A DNA stretch of 64,000 nt from an uncultured Alphaproteobacteria bacterium (GCA_963814805.1 CAWFER010000016.1:56715-120714); one strand, 5' to 3'; counted from the stretch's first letter, positions 13,945 through 23,760 are shown. Notes: a model not told the origin generated them from the sequence alone. Program-made: numbers and translations.

Positions 13945-14018
13945 CGGCCTCGCGCCTGGACGCCTCTAGAAACCGATTGTTTTTGAAGGCGAACCACCCC
14001 GCATCTACGATGGGGATA

Positions 14019-14056
14019 CAGCAAGCGTAGGGCGGAAAAGCGCAGCGCCTTCCGCC
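14019..14056 (+). repeat. REP-like palindromic element, copy 1
   Basis: CAGCAAGCGTAGGGCGGAAAAGCGCAGCGCCTTCCGCC. A GTAG tetranucleotide is followed by the stem GGCGGAA / TTCCGCC. The sequence is identical to 14113-14150. Confidence 0.6.
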
Positions 14057-14112
14057 AACTGGCGCGGTGGCCGACAACCGATGGGCTGGCGAAGGACGAT
14101 CACGGTATCGGG

Positions 14113-14150
14113 CAGCAAGCGTAGGGCGGAAAAGCGCAGCGCCTTCCGCC
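14113..14150 (+). repeat. REP-like palindromic element, copy 2
   Basis: Exact 38-bp repeat of 14019-14056, offset by 94 bp. The roughly 56 bp after each core are also loosely similar, which suggests a diverged tandem unit. Confidence 0.6.
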
Positions 14151-14546
14151 GGGTATCGCGGCGACCGGCGTTGCATCGCGTGGCGGAAAGGCAGGGCGAT
14201 CACGTCAATCGGGCGGGGGTGCTGCCGCTGCTGACAGATATTCTCGAACGCTCGACCTTTTCACTCGCCACCCCGGCGCAGGCCGGGGCCCATCCGTCCA
14301 CGGCACGAGCGGATAATCGCTGGTGCGACGTTGCCACTGATTGGAATTTCCGAGCGGCGGAGGAGTGGCTCCGGGCCTCCGCCGGGAACACGATAGGAGA
14401 CGTTAAAATTGCCATATTGACATCGTATCGTGCGCTCCATTGCGGCTCCATCGAATCGGGCGCCGCGGCGGAGCGACGAAGCCCGAACGCCTGATATGGA
14501 CCTGCAAATAACAGGCGGAACAGGAGCGAGCGCGACTGGAAACGGG

Positions 14547-15563
14547 TTACGCGGCGGCGGCGAGATCGCGGATCAGGCCAGCCAGCCGCGGCGTCAGCGC
14601 GTCGAGGCTGTAGCGGCTCTCGACCAACGCCCGGCCCGTGATCCCAAGCTGCTGCGCGCCCAGGGGGTCGGCGAGGATGGCCGAGAGTGCGGCGACCCAT
14701 TCGTCTTGCGTCGTGGCGGCGAGCCCGATCTCGGCTTGCGCCAAAACCTCGCAGTTCATGCCCACCGGCGAGACCACGCAGGGCCGCCCGGCCGCCAGGT
14801 ATTGCAGCATCTTGAAGCTGCATTTGCCGCGCTCCCACGGGCCGTCGTCGAGCGGCATCACCCCGAGCGTGATCGAAGCGAGGAAATCGGCCTCCACAGC
14901 AGGCGACCACGGCGCATAGCGCACCGGCAGGCCCGGCAGGTCGGGCGGCTCTTCGCAGCAGACCGCGATCGAGGTGCCCGGAAAGCGCCGGGCGACCTCA
15001 GCCAGCGCCGGGGCGATCCGCTCCAGATAGCGCAGATTGCCGGCCGACCCGATCCAGCCGATGACCGGACGCTCGGGCAACTCCTCGACCCGATAGGCCG
15101 CGGTATCGACCGCGGTCGGCAGCACCGCGACTTCCCCGTTCCAGCGCCGCCACGCCTCGGCCAGCCAATCGTTGCCGACCACCACCAGATCGGCGAGCCG
15201 GGCCAGCCTTTTGGCCGCCCAGCCGCCGCGGTAGAGATGGATCGCGTCGTCGACATCGAGGAGCCGCGGCCGCCGGGTCAAGCCCTCGAATGTGCAGAGG
15301 GTCGAGATCATCTCGCGATGCAACAGGGTCACGTCGGCGCGCCATCCGGCGACGATGTCCGGGATTCGCTGACCCAGCGAGCCCAATGCCCAGGCCGGGC
15401 GCTGCCAATGCCGCCGCGGCGGATAGGAGCCGAGGCCCGGACTGCGCTCGACGATGTCGATCCCGAGCGGCGCCAGCGCCGGAATATATTGGCGCACGCG
15501 AAAGCGCGCCGACGACGCCGACCTGCCCCCGGTAAAGGCGTCGACCCTGAGCGACCCCCTCAA
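14547..15563 (-). CDS. glycosyltransferase (GT-B fold, family 1/4-like)
   Basis: Intact 338-aa ORF. The C-terminal half (GWIGSAGNLRYL..KCSFKMLQYLAAGRPCVVSPVG) looks like a GT1/GT4 sugar-nucleotide-binding domain. Confidence 0.7.
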   Translation of the reverse strand: MRGSLRVDAFTGGRSASSARFRVRQYIPALAPLGIDIVERSPGLGSYPPRRHWQRPAWALGSLGQRIPDIVAGWRADVTLLHREMISTLCTFEGLTRRPRLLDVDDAIHLYRGGWAAKRLARLADLVVVGNDWLAEAWRRWNGEVAVLPTAVDTAAYRVEELPERPVIGWIGSAGNLRYLERIAPALAEVARRFPGTSIAVCCEEPPDLPGLPVRYAPWSPAVEADFLASITLGVMPLDDGPWERGKCSFKMLQYLAAGRPCVVSPVGMNCEVLAQAEIGLAATTQDEWVAALSAILADPLGAQQLGITGRALVESRYSLDALTPRLAGLIRDLAAAA

Positions 15564-15573
15564 ACCAGCCCCA

Positions 15574-16725
15574 TCAAATCAACCCCATGCGCGCCAGTAT
15601 CGCCGCCGGCGAATGCTGCCAGCGCAGCGAGCCGCGCGCGCGAAAATGCCCGAGGATTTCCGGCAGCTGCTCGGCATCCTCGCCGCTCCAATGGCTCAGG
15701 CTGTTTTCCACCTGCGGGAAGAAGTATAGCGCCCGGTACACCAGATCCTTTTTCAAAAACGGAAAACCCGAGCATTTCAGCAACAGCAGGTTGGTTACGT
15801 GAACCGTATTCGACAAGGTCACTTTTTCCATGACGCCGCGCTTCAACAACGTCAGCACGTTGGACTCGCCGGCCAATTGCAATGCCACGTCATTTTGCAT
15901 GACGGCCGCCAAACCCTTATACTCGCTGGGATTGAAATAACTTGAGATCCGCTCGAGCACTTCCTCCAGGCTTCCGTCGCAAACCAGATCCACAATCGTG
16001 CTGTGCGTGTAGAGTAGACACGGATAGACATTATGCTGCAGCAGGTGCTTGGCAATACCTGCCTCACCGCGATTTATGCTGTGTCGGCGCGACGACAACG
16101 GCACATATTTCTGCCAGAATTGCTGAAACATCGGCGAAACAAAAATCCGCCCGGAAATTACAAAAAACCAGCTTTGCACATGATAATGGAACTGAAATAC
16201 TTCGGTAATCCCGATATAATCATCGGTCATCTGCTTGATCCGACCCAGCAGCTGGGCAAAGGTCGACGGCCGGATGAAATTGCTGTCGTTGCAATAGACG
16301 ATCTGCGTAATCGGCTGGTCGCTGCGGCGCCGCAGATATTCGGTCCCCCACTGATAACCGCCAAAATCGCGGCCGCCATGGGGGCGCTCGACGACCGAGT
16401 GGCAATATGGCGAATAGGCGCTAACCAACTCCGGGGACAGACCGCCATTATTTATCAGGATGACATCGTACCCCAAATCCTGGAAACAATTGAGGGTGGC
16501 GAGCAAATTCTTCGAGACTTGGCCCCGCTGGCTGATCGCGAAAATGCACCAGAAGCCGGTGTGCTGGGCGTGCCCCGATGTTTCGCGCAGACCAGCCTGC
16601 CGCCGGGCCTTTGGCCGCTCGGAAAGAAAATAGACAAACAGGTAATAGGTCGCAAAGGCAAACCGGAATATCGAGAAATATCCGTACCTGAGGATGCGGT
16701 ATATGAGGTGCAGTAGACGGTTCAT
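15574..16725 (-). CDS. RgpF/COG3754-like polysaccharide (rhamnan/LPS) biosynthesis glycosyltransferase
   Basis: Intact 383-aa ORF with clearly lower G+C than the flanking GT genes. The pattern ILINNGGLS..RPHGGRDFGGYQWG..VYCNDSNFIRP..YHVQSWFFVIS..FQQFW matches what I recall of the RgpF family. Confidence 0.55.
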   Translation of the reverse strand: MNRLLHLIYRILRYGYFSIFRFAFATYYLFVYFLSERPKARRQAGLRETSGHAQHTGFWCIFAISQRGQVSKNLLATLNCFQDLGYDVILINNGGLSPELVSAYSPYCHSVVERPHGGRDFGGYQWGTEYLRRRSDQPITQIVYCNDSNFIRPSTFAQLLGRIKQMTDDYIGITEVFQFHYHVQSWFFVISGRIFVSPMFQQFWQKYVPLSSRRHSINRGEAGIAKHLLQHNVYPCLLYTHSTIVDLVCDGSLEEVLERISSYFNPSEYKGLAAVMQNDVALQLAGESNVLTLLKRGVMEKVTLSNTVHVTNLLLLKCSGFPFLKKDLVYRALYFFPQVENSLSHWSGEDAEQLPEILGHFRARGSLRWQHSPAAILARMGLI

Positions 16726-16773
16726 CCGATCGGCAACTCGAAGGCGCTGCGACGAGGCGGCTGATCTACCACG

Positions 16774-17928
16774 CTACTCTGGCCGGTTCCAGCCCGCGCC
16801 CGGCACGCGGCCGCTCGCCGCCGATCCCGCCAAGAGCGCATCGTGGAACTCGGCCACCCCGGCATAGAGCCGGTCGGCGCCGAACCGGGCCACGGCGCAC
16901 GCCGCCGCCGCCTGTCCGGCCCGGGCGCGCAACGCCGGATCGGCGACGAGCTGGGCCAGAGCCCCGGCCAAGGCGGCGGCGTCGCGCGGCGGCACGACCA
17001 GGCCGGCGCCCTCGGCGACGATGCCGTTGTCACCGACGTCGCTGACCACCACCGGCAGACCGCAAGCCATCGCCTCGATCTGCGCCACCGAGGTGCCCTC
17101 GCCAAAATCGGAGGCGAGCATGAAGATATCGGCTGCGGCATAGAGCGCCGGCATGTCGTCGCGGCGCCCGAGCAGAAGGCGCCGAGGTCCGGCCGGCAGC
17201 CGCTCGGCGCCGTCGCCGACCCCGACCAGCCACACGTTCGGCCCGGCCGTCTCGGCGGCGGCCAGCATACCCGGCCAGTTCTTCATCGGGTCGCTGCGGC
17301 CGACCGCGATTACCGCCACCGCCTCTTCGGGCAGGCCGAGCTTCCGCCGCATCGCCGCTCGCCAGCCGGGCTGCGGATGGAACCTGGCGAGATCAACTCC
17401 GTTCGGAAAAAACCGGCTCAGTCGCGAGCGAAACCCGATCCGAGCATGCTCGTCGAGCGCCACCCGGCTGTTGTAGAGGATGCCGTCGACCAACGGCGAC
17501 AGCCGCGCGCCGAGCCCGACCGCGCGCCGCAGCCGCCGCGGATAACGGGCGAAATCGGGGACCGCGCCAAGAATGCTCCAGGCCAGCTTTGGCCGCGGCC
17601 GCAGCGCCGCCAGCCAAGTCGCCGCCAGCGCCGCCAGATTGCCGTGATAGAGCCAGCCCTGGACGATGCTCGGCCGCCGGCGGCGGATCAGCCGCGCCAG
17701 CCGGATCGGCCCGGTGGCCGCGGCCACGCCGCGCCGCATGCCGAGCCCGACCACCTCGACGCCGATTTCGGCAAACCGCCGGCGCATCGGGCCCTCGGAG
17801 AGGAGGCTCGCCACCACCGCGGTGCGCCCGCGGCGACGATCCTCACGGCACAATTCGAGGAGCAGCGCCTCGGCGCCGCCAAGCTCGAGGCCGGTGATCA
17901 CGTGGACCACCGGGCAATCGTCGGTCAA
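16774..17928 (-). CDS. glycosyltransferase family 4 (GT-B)
   Basis: Intact 384-aa ORF. It has an N-terminal VVHVITGLELGGAE and a C-terminal EGTSVAQIEAMACGLPVVVSDVGDN motif typical of GT4. Confidence 0.8.
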   Translation of the reverse strand: MTDDCPVVHVITGLELGGAEALLLELCREDRRRGRTAVVASLLSEGPMRRRFAEIGVEVVGLGMRRGVAAATGPIRLARLIRRRRPSIVQGWLYHGNLAALAATWLAALRPRPKLAWSILGAVPDFARYPRRLRRAVGLGARLSPLVDGILYNSRVALDEHARIGFRSRLSRFFPNGVDLARFHPQPGWRAAMRRKLGLPEEAVAVIAVGRSDPMKNWPGMLAAAETAGPNVWLVGVGDGAERLPAGPRRLLLGRRDDMPALYAAADIFMLASDFGEGTSVAQIEAMACGLPVVVSDVGDNGIVAEGAGLVVPPRDAAALAGALAQLVADPALRARAGQAAAACAVARFGADRLYAGVAEFHDALLAGSAASGRVPGAGWNRPE

Positions 17929-17971
17929 ATGGCGCCGCCGCGGCGGAAGGGTGCTGCCGCCCGGCGGGCGG

Positions 17972-19357
17972 TCACGCCGCCGCTCCGGGCGCGGCGGCGC
18001 CGAGCAGATCGGTCAGGGCCGAGGCCCGCTCGACCCAGCGAAAATCGTGAATGAGCGCGAGGCTCGCCTCGATTCGCTCGCTGGAAAGCCCGGCGTGCGG
18101 CGTCAGCGCGCGGTATTTGGCGTCGATGTCGGCCCAGGCGATGCCGAGCATTCCCGCTCCCTTCGGCGCGAAGACGGTGCTGGTGGCCGACCTGCCGTCG
18201 CTGGCGCGGATGGTGACGGTGGCGCCCTGCCGGTAGCGTCCGGCATTGGCCGCGGGCGGCGGCCCGACCCGCACCCGGTCGATCAGCCGATGGATCATCG
18301 GATCGGCGATTTTGGCCGGGGTCGCGTGCACCCAGGAAAAGCCGCGGTCGGCGGCGCCGGCGGCGAGGAAATAGGCCGGGCTGTGCGCCATGCCGATCAG
18401 ATCGGCCGGATGCAGCGGATCGGCGAGCGCCGTCACACCGGGGCGCGACAAGGTGATGCTGGCGATCTCCTCGGGCGCGAACCCGCCCTCGCGCGCGGCG
18501 TTGGCGGCGGCTTCGGCCAGCGCATGATGCGGATGGCCGCCGGGAACGAGCTTGACCGCCATGTCGGTGACGATATCCCACGATTGCCCCAGATCGCGAA
18601 CGAGCGCCGGCCGCGGCCCCGGCGGGCTCGACCTCGCCATAAACCGCGAAAAAGCCGTGGCGCGCTTCGAGGATGCCCAATTCGGCCTTGAACCCGCGTT
18701 CGGCGGCGAGCGCCGCGTCGATCCCCAGCTTTGCCGCCAGCCCGGCATGGTATTCGCGCGCCACGCTGGTGTTGGCCGCGGCGGCGAGCCCGCCGATCGA
18801 GGTCGCCGACAACGCGATCGCCTGCGCCATGCGCTCCGGCGTCGAGCCGCAACAGGCGTGCGGCGGCGACCGCGGCGGCGAAAATCGCCACCAGGCAGCC
18901 GTGAAAGCCGCTGGCGGCGGAAGCCCGGGGTGATCGCCTCGCCGATCCGCCCGGCCGCCTCGTAGCCGAGCACGATCGCCGCCAGCACGTCGTCGCCGCT
19001 GGCGCCGGTGCGCTCGGCGATGGCGAGGCTCGTCGCGGTCAAGGGCGTCCCGCAATGGACGATGTTGCGCAGATCGCTGTCGTCGCAGGCCGCGGCGTCG
19101 CTCATCACCGCGTTGACCTGCGCCGCGTCGGCGAGCGGCAGCCTGACGCCGGCCTCGAACCACACCGCGGCGTCGGGCCGGCCGCCGCGCTCGCGCGCCA
19201 GATCGCGGATGATCGCCGCCGATTCGAGCCCGCGGCCGAACGCGGCGCTGGCGATCGTGCTGGCGATCAGCATCGCCGCATGGTCGACCGCTTGCGGCGG
19301 CAGGTCGGCGGCGGAGGTGCGGGCCAGAAACTCGGCCAAATCGCGGGCGACGGTCAT
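17972..19357 (-). pseudogene. MmgE/PrpD family protein, about three frameshifts
   Basis: It starts at ATG 19357 (MTVARDLAEFLARTSAADLP..). The middle part reads in frames 18433-18891 and 17925-20249 (..ERMAQAIALSATSIGGLAAAANTSVAREYHAG..). The C-terminus is back in the 17972 frame. Confidence 0.7.
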
Positions 19358-19365
19358 CGCCGCTC

Positions 19366-19941
19366 CTAGCGCGGCTCGGTCCAGCTTTCCGAGAACGCCA
19401 GCGCGCAGGTGCTGAACGGCCGGCCTTCGCGCTCGACCGGCCACGGCTGGCCGGCAGCCTCGCTGCCGTCGATGCGTGAGCCGCGCGCCGAGCGCCGGGA
19501 TCAGCAGGCTGCACACCCCATAGCGCCGGCCGCCCTCGTTGGGCTGGGTGTGGATCAGCATCGGGTCGCCGATATCGTACCAGGTGAGGCTGATGTCCTC
19601 GTCGCTCGACACCACCCGTTCGGTCCAGAAATAGTGCGGGTCGCCCGATTTGACGAACTCGGCCTCGGTGACCGCGATCGCCGTGTCCGCAGTCTCGGCG
19701 TTGAGCATGCCCTGCACCGTCGCCTGCAGCCAGCGCGCCATCGCGATGTTGTCGGACCAGATCCGCCAGCGGTCGTCGGTCAGCTCGCTCTTCAGATAAA
19801 GCACATGCCCCGGCCCCTTCGGGCAGGTGATGATGCGCCAGAAGCTGGCGTTCGTCGTCTGCGGGCCGCCAGCGGTCGCGCTCAGGCGGATGAACGGGTT
19901 TTCGCCGGTCAGGATCACGCGGTTGGGGTCGGCGGCCATGG
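19366..19941 (-). pseudogene. hypothetical protein upstream of the PrpD-like gene, one frameshift near its 3' end
   Basis: The ATG at 19941 opens MAADPNRVILTGENPF... After a frame slip near 19440-19460 the sequence reads ..IDGSEAAGQPWPVEREGRPFSTCALAFSESWTEPR and ends at the TAG at 19366-19368, 8 nt before the PrpD-like ATG. No family recognised. Confidence 0.4.
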
Positions 19942-20094
19942 CGAATTCCTCCCTCGCAATCGCACCCGCTCGATCGTAGTCGATCGCCGGGCATAACGCC
20001 ATGGCGGCGGCCGGTTTTCCCGGAGCGGACGAAAGGCCCCCGAGTTTGACATCGGCGCAGGCGCCCCCTAGCCTCGCCGCTGCTGCCCGATGAG

Positions 20095-20859
20095 GTGGGA
20101 GAGATTTTGGACGCGCCGGTCCGCCCGATCCCGATGACGGCGCTCAACCGCAAGCTCGGCCGGTTCGCGGCGCTGTCGGCCGAGGAGGAGGAGACCCTGG
20201 CGGCGCTGCAATCGGCCACCCGCCGCATTCGCCGCGGCCGCGAAATCATCAGCGAGGGACGGCGCTACGATTCGCTGCTGGTGATGATCGAGGGCGCCGC
20301 GATCCGCTACCGCATTCTGCACGACGGGCGCCGTCAGATCCTGAACATCGCGCTGGCCGGGGACTTCATCGGCTTTCCCGCCTGCTTTTTCGAGCATGCG
20401 CTCTATTCGGTGGCGGCGCTCGGCGAGGTGGTGGTCGCGGCCATTCCGTTTGCCGAGCTGCTGGCGCTGTTTGCCGAGCGGCCGCGGCTCGCCGCCGCGA
20501 TCCTGTGGTCGTTTTCGTGCGAGGCGGCGATGTACGCCGAACGGCTGACCGATGTCGGCCGGCGCTCGGCGCTGGAGCGGGTCGCGCATTTCCTGCTCGA
20601 GCTACTGACCCGGCTCCAGGCCGTGGGGCTGGCGCAGGCGCGCTCGTTTCGCCTGCCGCTGACCCAGGAGCTGATCGCCGACGCGCTCGGCCTCAGCCTG
20701 CCGCACGTCAACCGCACCTTGCGACGGCTGCGCGAGGACGGGCTCGTCGGCATCGCCGATCAATGGGTCACGATCAGCGACATCGACGCGCTCGCCGAAC
20801 TCGCCGATTTCGAGCAAGGCTATCTCGGCCGGTTTCGCCTGCCCGATTTTCCGACGTAG
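20095..20859 (+). CDS. Crp/Fnr family transcriptional regulator
   Basis: Intact 254-aa ORF with a cNMP-binding-like N-terminal domain and a C-terminal HTH (LTQELIADALGLSLPHVNRTLRRLREDGLV). Confidence 0.8.
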   Translation: MGEILDAPVRPIPMTALNRKLGRFAALSAEEEETLAALQSATRRIRRGREIISEGRRYDSLLVMIEGAAIRYRILHDGRRQILNIALAGDFIGFPACFFEHALYSVAALGEVVVAAIPFAELLALFAERPRLAAAILWSFSCEAAMYAERLTDVGRRSALERVAHFLLELLTRLQAVGLAQARSFRLPLTQELIADALGLSLPHVNRTLRRLREDGLVGIADQWVTISDIDALAELADFEQGYLGRFRLPDFPT

Positions 20860-21024
20860 CCCGGCTCGACCGGGTGACCCGCCCATCTCGAACCCGCCGC
20901 GGAGCGACACGGCAGGATTGCTCTCGATTATTGCTTCAGCGCAAGGTCGCTCGCCAGCCTCGCGGTATATTGCCGGGCAACGTGCGGCGGGCTAAACCGC
21001 CGGGCGAGGCGGGAGAGCGTCAAC

Positions 21025-21258
21025 ATGCGGCTGAGTTTCCGGCACGATCCTGCCTCGCTGGCGCGGGTGGTCCGTCGGCTCGACCGGCTCGCCGGCCAGA
21101 TCAACCCGTTTCTGCTGGCGGTTGCGATCGGGCTCGGCATTCTCGACTTCGCCGGGCTGGTCAATCTGGTCGACACCAGGAACCTGCCGGCGAGCAAGGC
21201 GCAGCCGGCAACCCCGGCAATGCCGCCGGCCGATGCTGTCGGCCCCTATATCAGGTAA
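21025..21258 (+). CDS. hypothetical small membrane protein (weak call)
   Basis: 77-aa ORF with one hydrophobic segment (INPFLLAVAIGLGILDFAGLV). It overlaps an antisense ORF of similar size and has no homology support. Confidence 0.25.
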   Translation: MRLSFRHDPASLARVVRRLDRLAGQINPFLLAVAIGLGILDFAGLVNLVDTRNLPASKAQPATPAMPPADAVGPYIR

Positions 21259-21352
21259 AGCGCTGCGGATAAACCGCTGCGGCCGAGCCTTCGACCACCC
21301 CGCCCCGGCATCCCGATCACGCCGCGAGCAATCGATCCGGCGGAAAGCGCGA

Positions 21353-23134
21353 TCAGTCGGCCGAGGCCGGACGGATCCGAAAGAAACTCGTGCGCTGCCG
21401 TTCCTCGGCCTGCAGCTTCGCGCGCACCCGCATCAGATCCTTCCAGCCGATATAGCCGACTAGCCGCCCATCCTCGCGCGATATCACCGGCAGGTGGGCG
21501 ACATTGGCGGCGGTCAGGCGATCGGCCAGGCTTTCCAGATATTCGTCCGGGTGGGCGACTGCGACTTTGGCCCCGGCCAGCAATTCGCCGAGCGTGCTGG
21601 TGCGGCGCATGCCGGCGCGCCGCCAGCGCAGCACCGCCGGCGGATCGATGACGCCAACGACCTGGCGCTCGCCATCGACCACCGGAAAGCTCGGATGGGT
21701 GGTGCCCGGATCGGTCAGGAACCGCGCGGCGCCATGCAGGGTCATCGTCGCCGGCAGGGTCTCGACGGCGGTCGTCATCACCTCGCGCACCCGGGTCAGC
21801 GCAAACGGATCGACCCGGTATTCGCGCACCAGATGATGGCCGCGCCGGGCCACCTTTTCGGTCAGGATCGAGCGCCGCATCAGCAGCACCGTCACCGCAT
21901 GCGCGGTCGCCGCAGGCGGCGATCAGCGGCAGCAGCACATGCGTGTCGCCGGTCAGCTCGACGGCAAAAAAGGTGGCGGTCAGCGGCGAGCGCATGGTTC
22001 CGCCCATGGTCGCCGCCATCGCCAGCAATGCCCAGAAGCCCGGGCTGCCCGCCGGCAGAAACCCGGCAAGTGCGGTTCCCATCGCGCCGCCCATGATCAA
22101 CAGCGGCGCCAGCACCCCGCCCGAGGTGCCGGAGCCCAGCGCCACCGACCAGATGATCGCCTTGACGACTAGGAGCAGCAGCGCCGCCGTCGTGAGCACA
22201 TGGCCCCTGCAGCATCGCCTGGATGTTATCGTAGCCGACGCCGAGCGCCTGCGGCTCGACGAGGCCGCCGATGCCGACCACCAGACCGCCCAGCATCGGC
22301 CACCACATCCAGTGGATCGGCAGTTTCAGAAAGCCGTCCTCGCAGGCATAGACGAGCTGGGTCAGCACCCCCGAAAGCAACCCCGACAAGAGGCCGATCA
22401 GCACCCAGGAGGCGAGCCCCAGCGCCGAAATATCGACCGCGCCGGAGAACGGGAAAAGCGGGGTCGGCAGATGGAGCAGGCTGCGCTCGACCGCGGCGAC
22501 GATCGCGGCCACGGCGACCGGGATGAAGCTGCGCGGGGTCCACTCGAACAGCAACAGCTCGACCGCCAGCATGATCGCGGCGATCGGCGTGCCGAAGACG
22601 GTGGTCATCCCGGCCGCGGCTCCGGCGACCAAGAGGGTCTTGCGCTCGTTGTCGCTGACCGGCAGCAGCTGCGCGATCAGCGAGCCGATCGCCCCGCCGG
22701 TCATGATGATCGGCCCTTCGGCGCCGAACGGGCCGCCGGTGCCGATGGCGATCGCCGAGGACAGCGGCTTCAGGATCGCGACCTTGAGGTCGAGCCGCGA
22801 GCGTCCGAGCAGGATTGCCTCGATCGCCTCGGGGATGCCGTGGCCGCGGATCTTGGGGCTGCCGTAGCGCGCCATCAGGCCGACCAGCCAAGGCGCCGGC
22901 CACCGGCGTCAGCACCCGCCACGCACCGAGCGGCGAATGCGCCAAATCGAGATCGGCCAAGCTCAGCGAGCCGAAATAGGCGAGGTTCGTGGCAAGCCGG
23001 ATCAGCCGGAGCAGCACCACGCCGGCCACCACCCCAGCGGTGGCGACGACCACGGCGATCGCGGCGATCACCAGCACGCGCGGCCCGGTGGTAAAATCGC
23101 CCAGTCGGGCATGGCTGCCATTCGCAGATATCAT
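21353..23134 (-). pseudogene. ClC-type chloride channel/antiporter with C-terminal CBS pair, about three frameshifts
   Basis: Motifs GHGIPEA, GTGGPFGAEGPII and GSGTSGGVLAPLL plus a CBS pair (ORF 21353-21895) are spread over four minus-strand frames. The N-terminus MISANGSHARL starts at 23134. Confidence 0.75.
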
Positions 23135-23231
23135 TCTCAAATCTTCTTGTGTGGGATGTAGACGCCGGTTCGCGCGGCACGCCGCAGCAATGGTGAAGGA
23201 TGGCCGAGCGAGATTGCATGACCATGCCATC

Positions 23232-23248
23232 ATATCGCATCACGATAT
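23232..23248. promoter_or_regulatory. inverted repeat ATATCG-N5-CGATAT, candidate MarR operator
   Basis: Perfect 6-bp arms sit in the divergent intergenic region between the ClC gene and the MarR gene. The function is inferred only from position. Confidence 0.25.
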
Positions 23249-23277
23249 AACGCCGGTCCGATGAGCAACCCCGCCCG

Positions 23278-23735
23278 ATGAGCAACGACGAAGAGGCTCG
23301 CCCGGCTGCGGCCCGCCGCCGCCCGGCCCATCCCGATCAGGCAGACTATGAGGCGCTTGCCGAATTTCGTTATCAGATCCGCTGCTTTCTGGAGTTCAGC
23401 CAGAACCGGGCGCGCGCGGTCGGCTTGACCCCGCGTCAGCACCAGGCGCTGCCGGCGATCCGGGGCTTTGGCGGCGGCCGCCCGACGACTGTCGGCGACC
23501 TCGCCGAAAGCTGCGGATCCGGCACCACAGCGCCGCCGAGCTGGTCGATCGCCTGGCCGAGGCCGGTCTCGTCGCGCGCAGCCACGACCCCGGCGATCAG
23601 CGCCGCGTCCTTCTCAACCTGACGGGGCGGGTCGAGGAATGCCTCGCCGAACTATCGGCGGCGCATCTCGAAGAGCTGGAACGCATGGCGCCCTTGCTGG
23701 AACAAATGTTGGCCATACTCAAACGCCGTGGTTGA
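23278..23735 (+). pseudogene. MarR family transcriptional regulator, one frameshift
   Basis: The N-terminus is in ORF 23278-23622 (..LTPRQHQALPAIRGF..TTVGDLAE). After a slip near 23510 it reads ..HHSAAELVDRLAEAGLVARSHDPGDQRRVLLNLT..LEQMLAILKRRG and stops at 23733-23735. Confidence 0.7.
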
Positions 23736-23760
23736 GCGGTTCGGCCCGGCGCCGGGCCGG

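Noticed and set aside
14270-14420. Cobalamin-riboswitch-like fragments (GGTGCGA..GCCACTG .. AGGAGAC).
   Set aside because: The B12-box core (..GACC.GCC) is not present. No plus-strand gene follows that it could regulate. The similarity is probably chance or a remnant.
17972-20002. The 676-aa ORF read as a single fusion protein.
   Set aside because: The DNA shows a TAG at 19366-19368 in the corrected frame, followed 8 nt later by the ATG of the PrpD-like gene. The apparent fusion results from one frame slip near 19440-19460.
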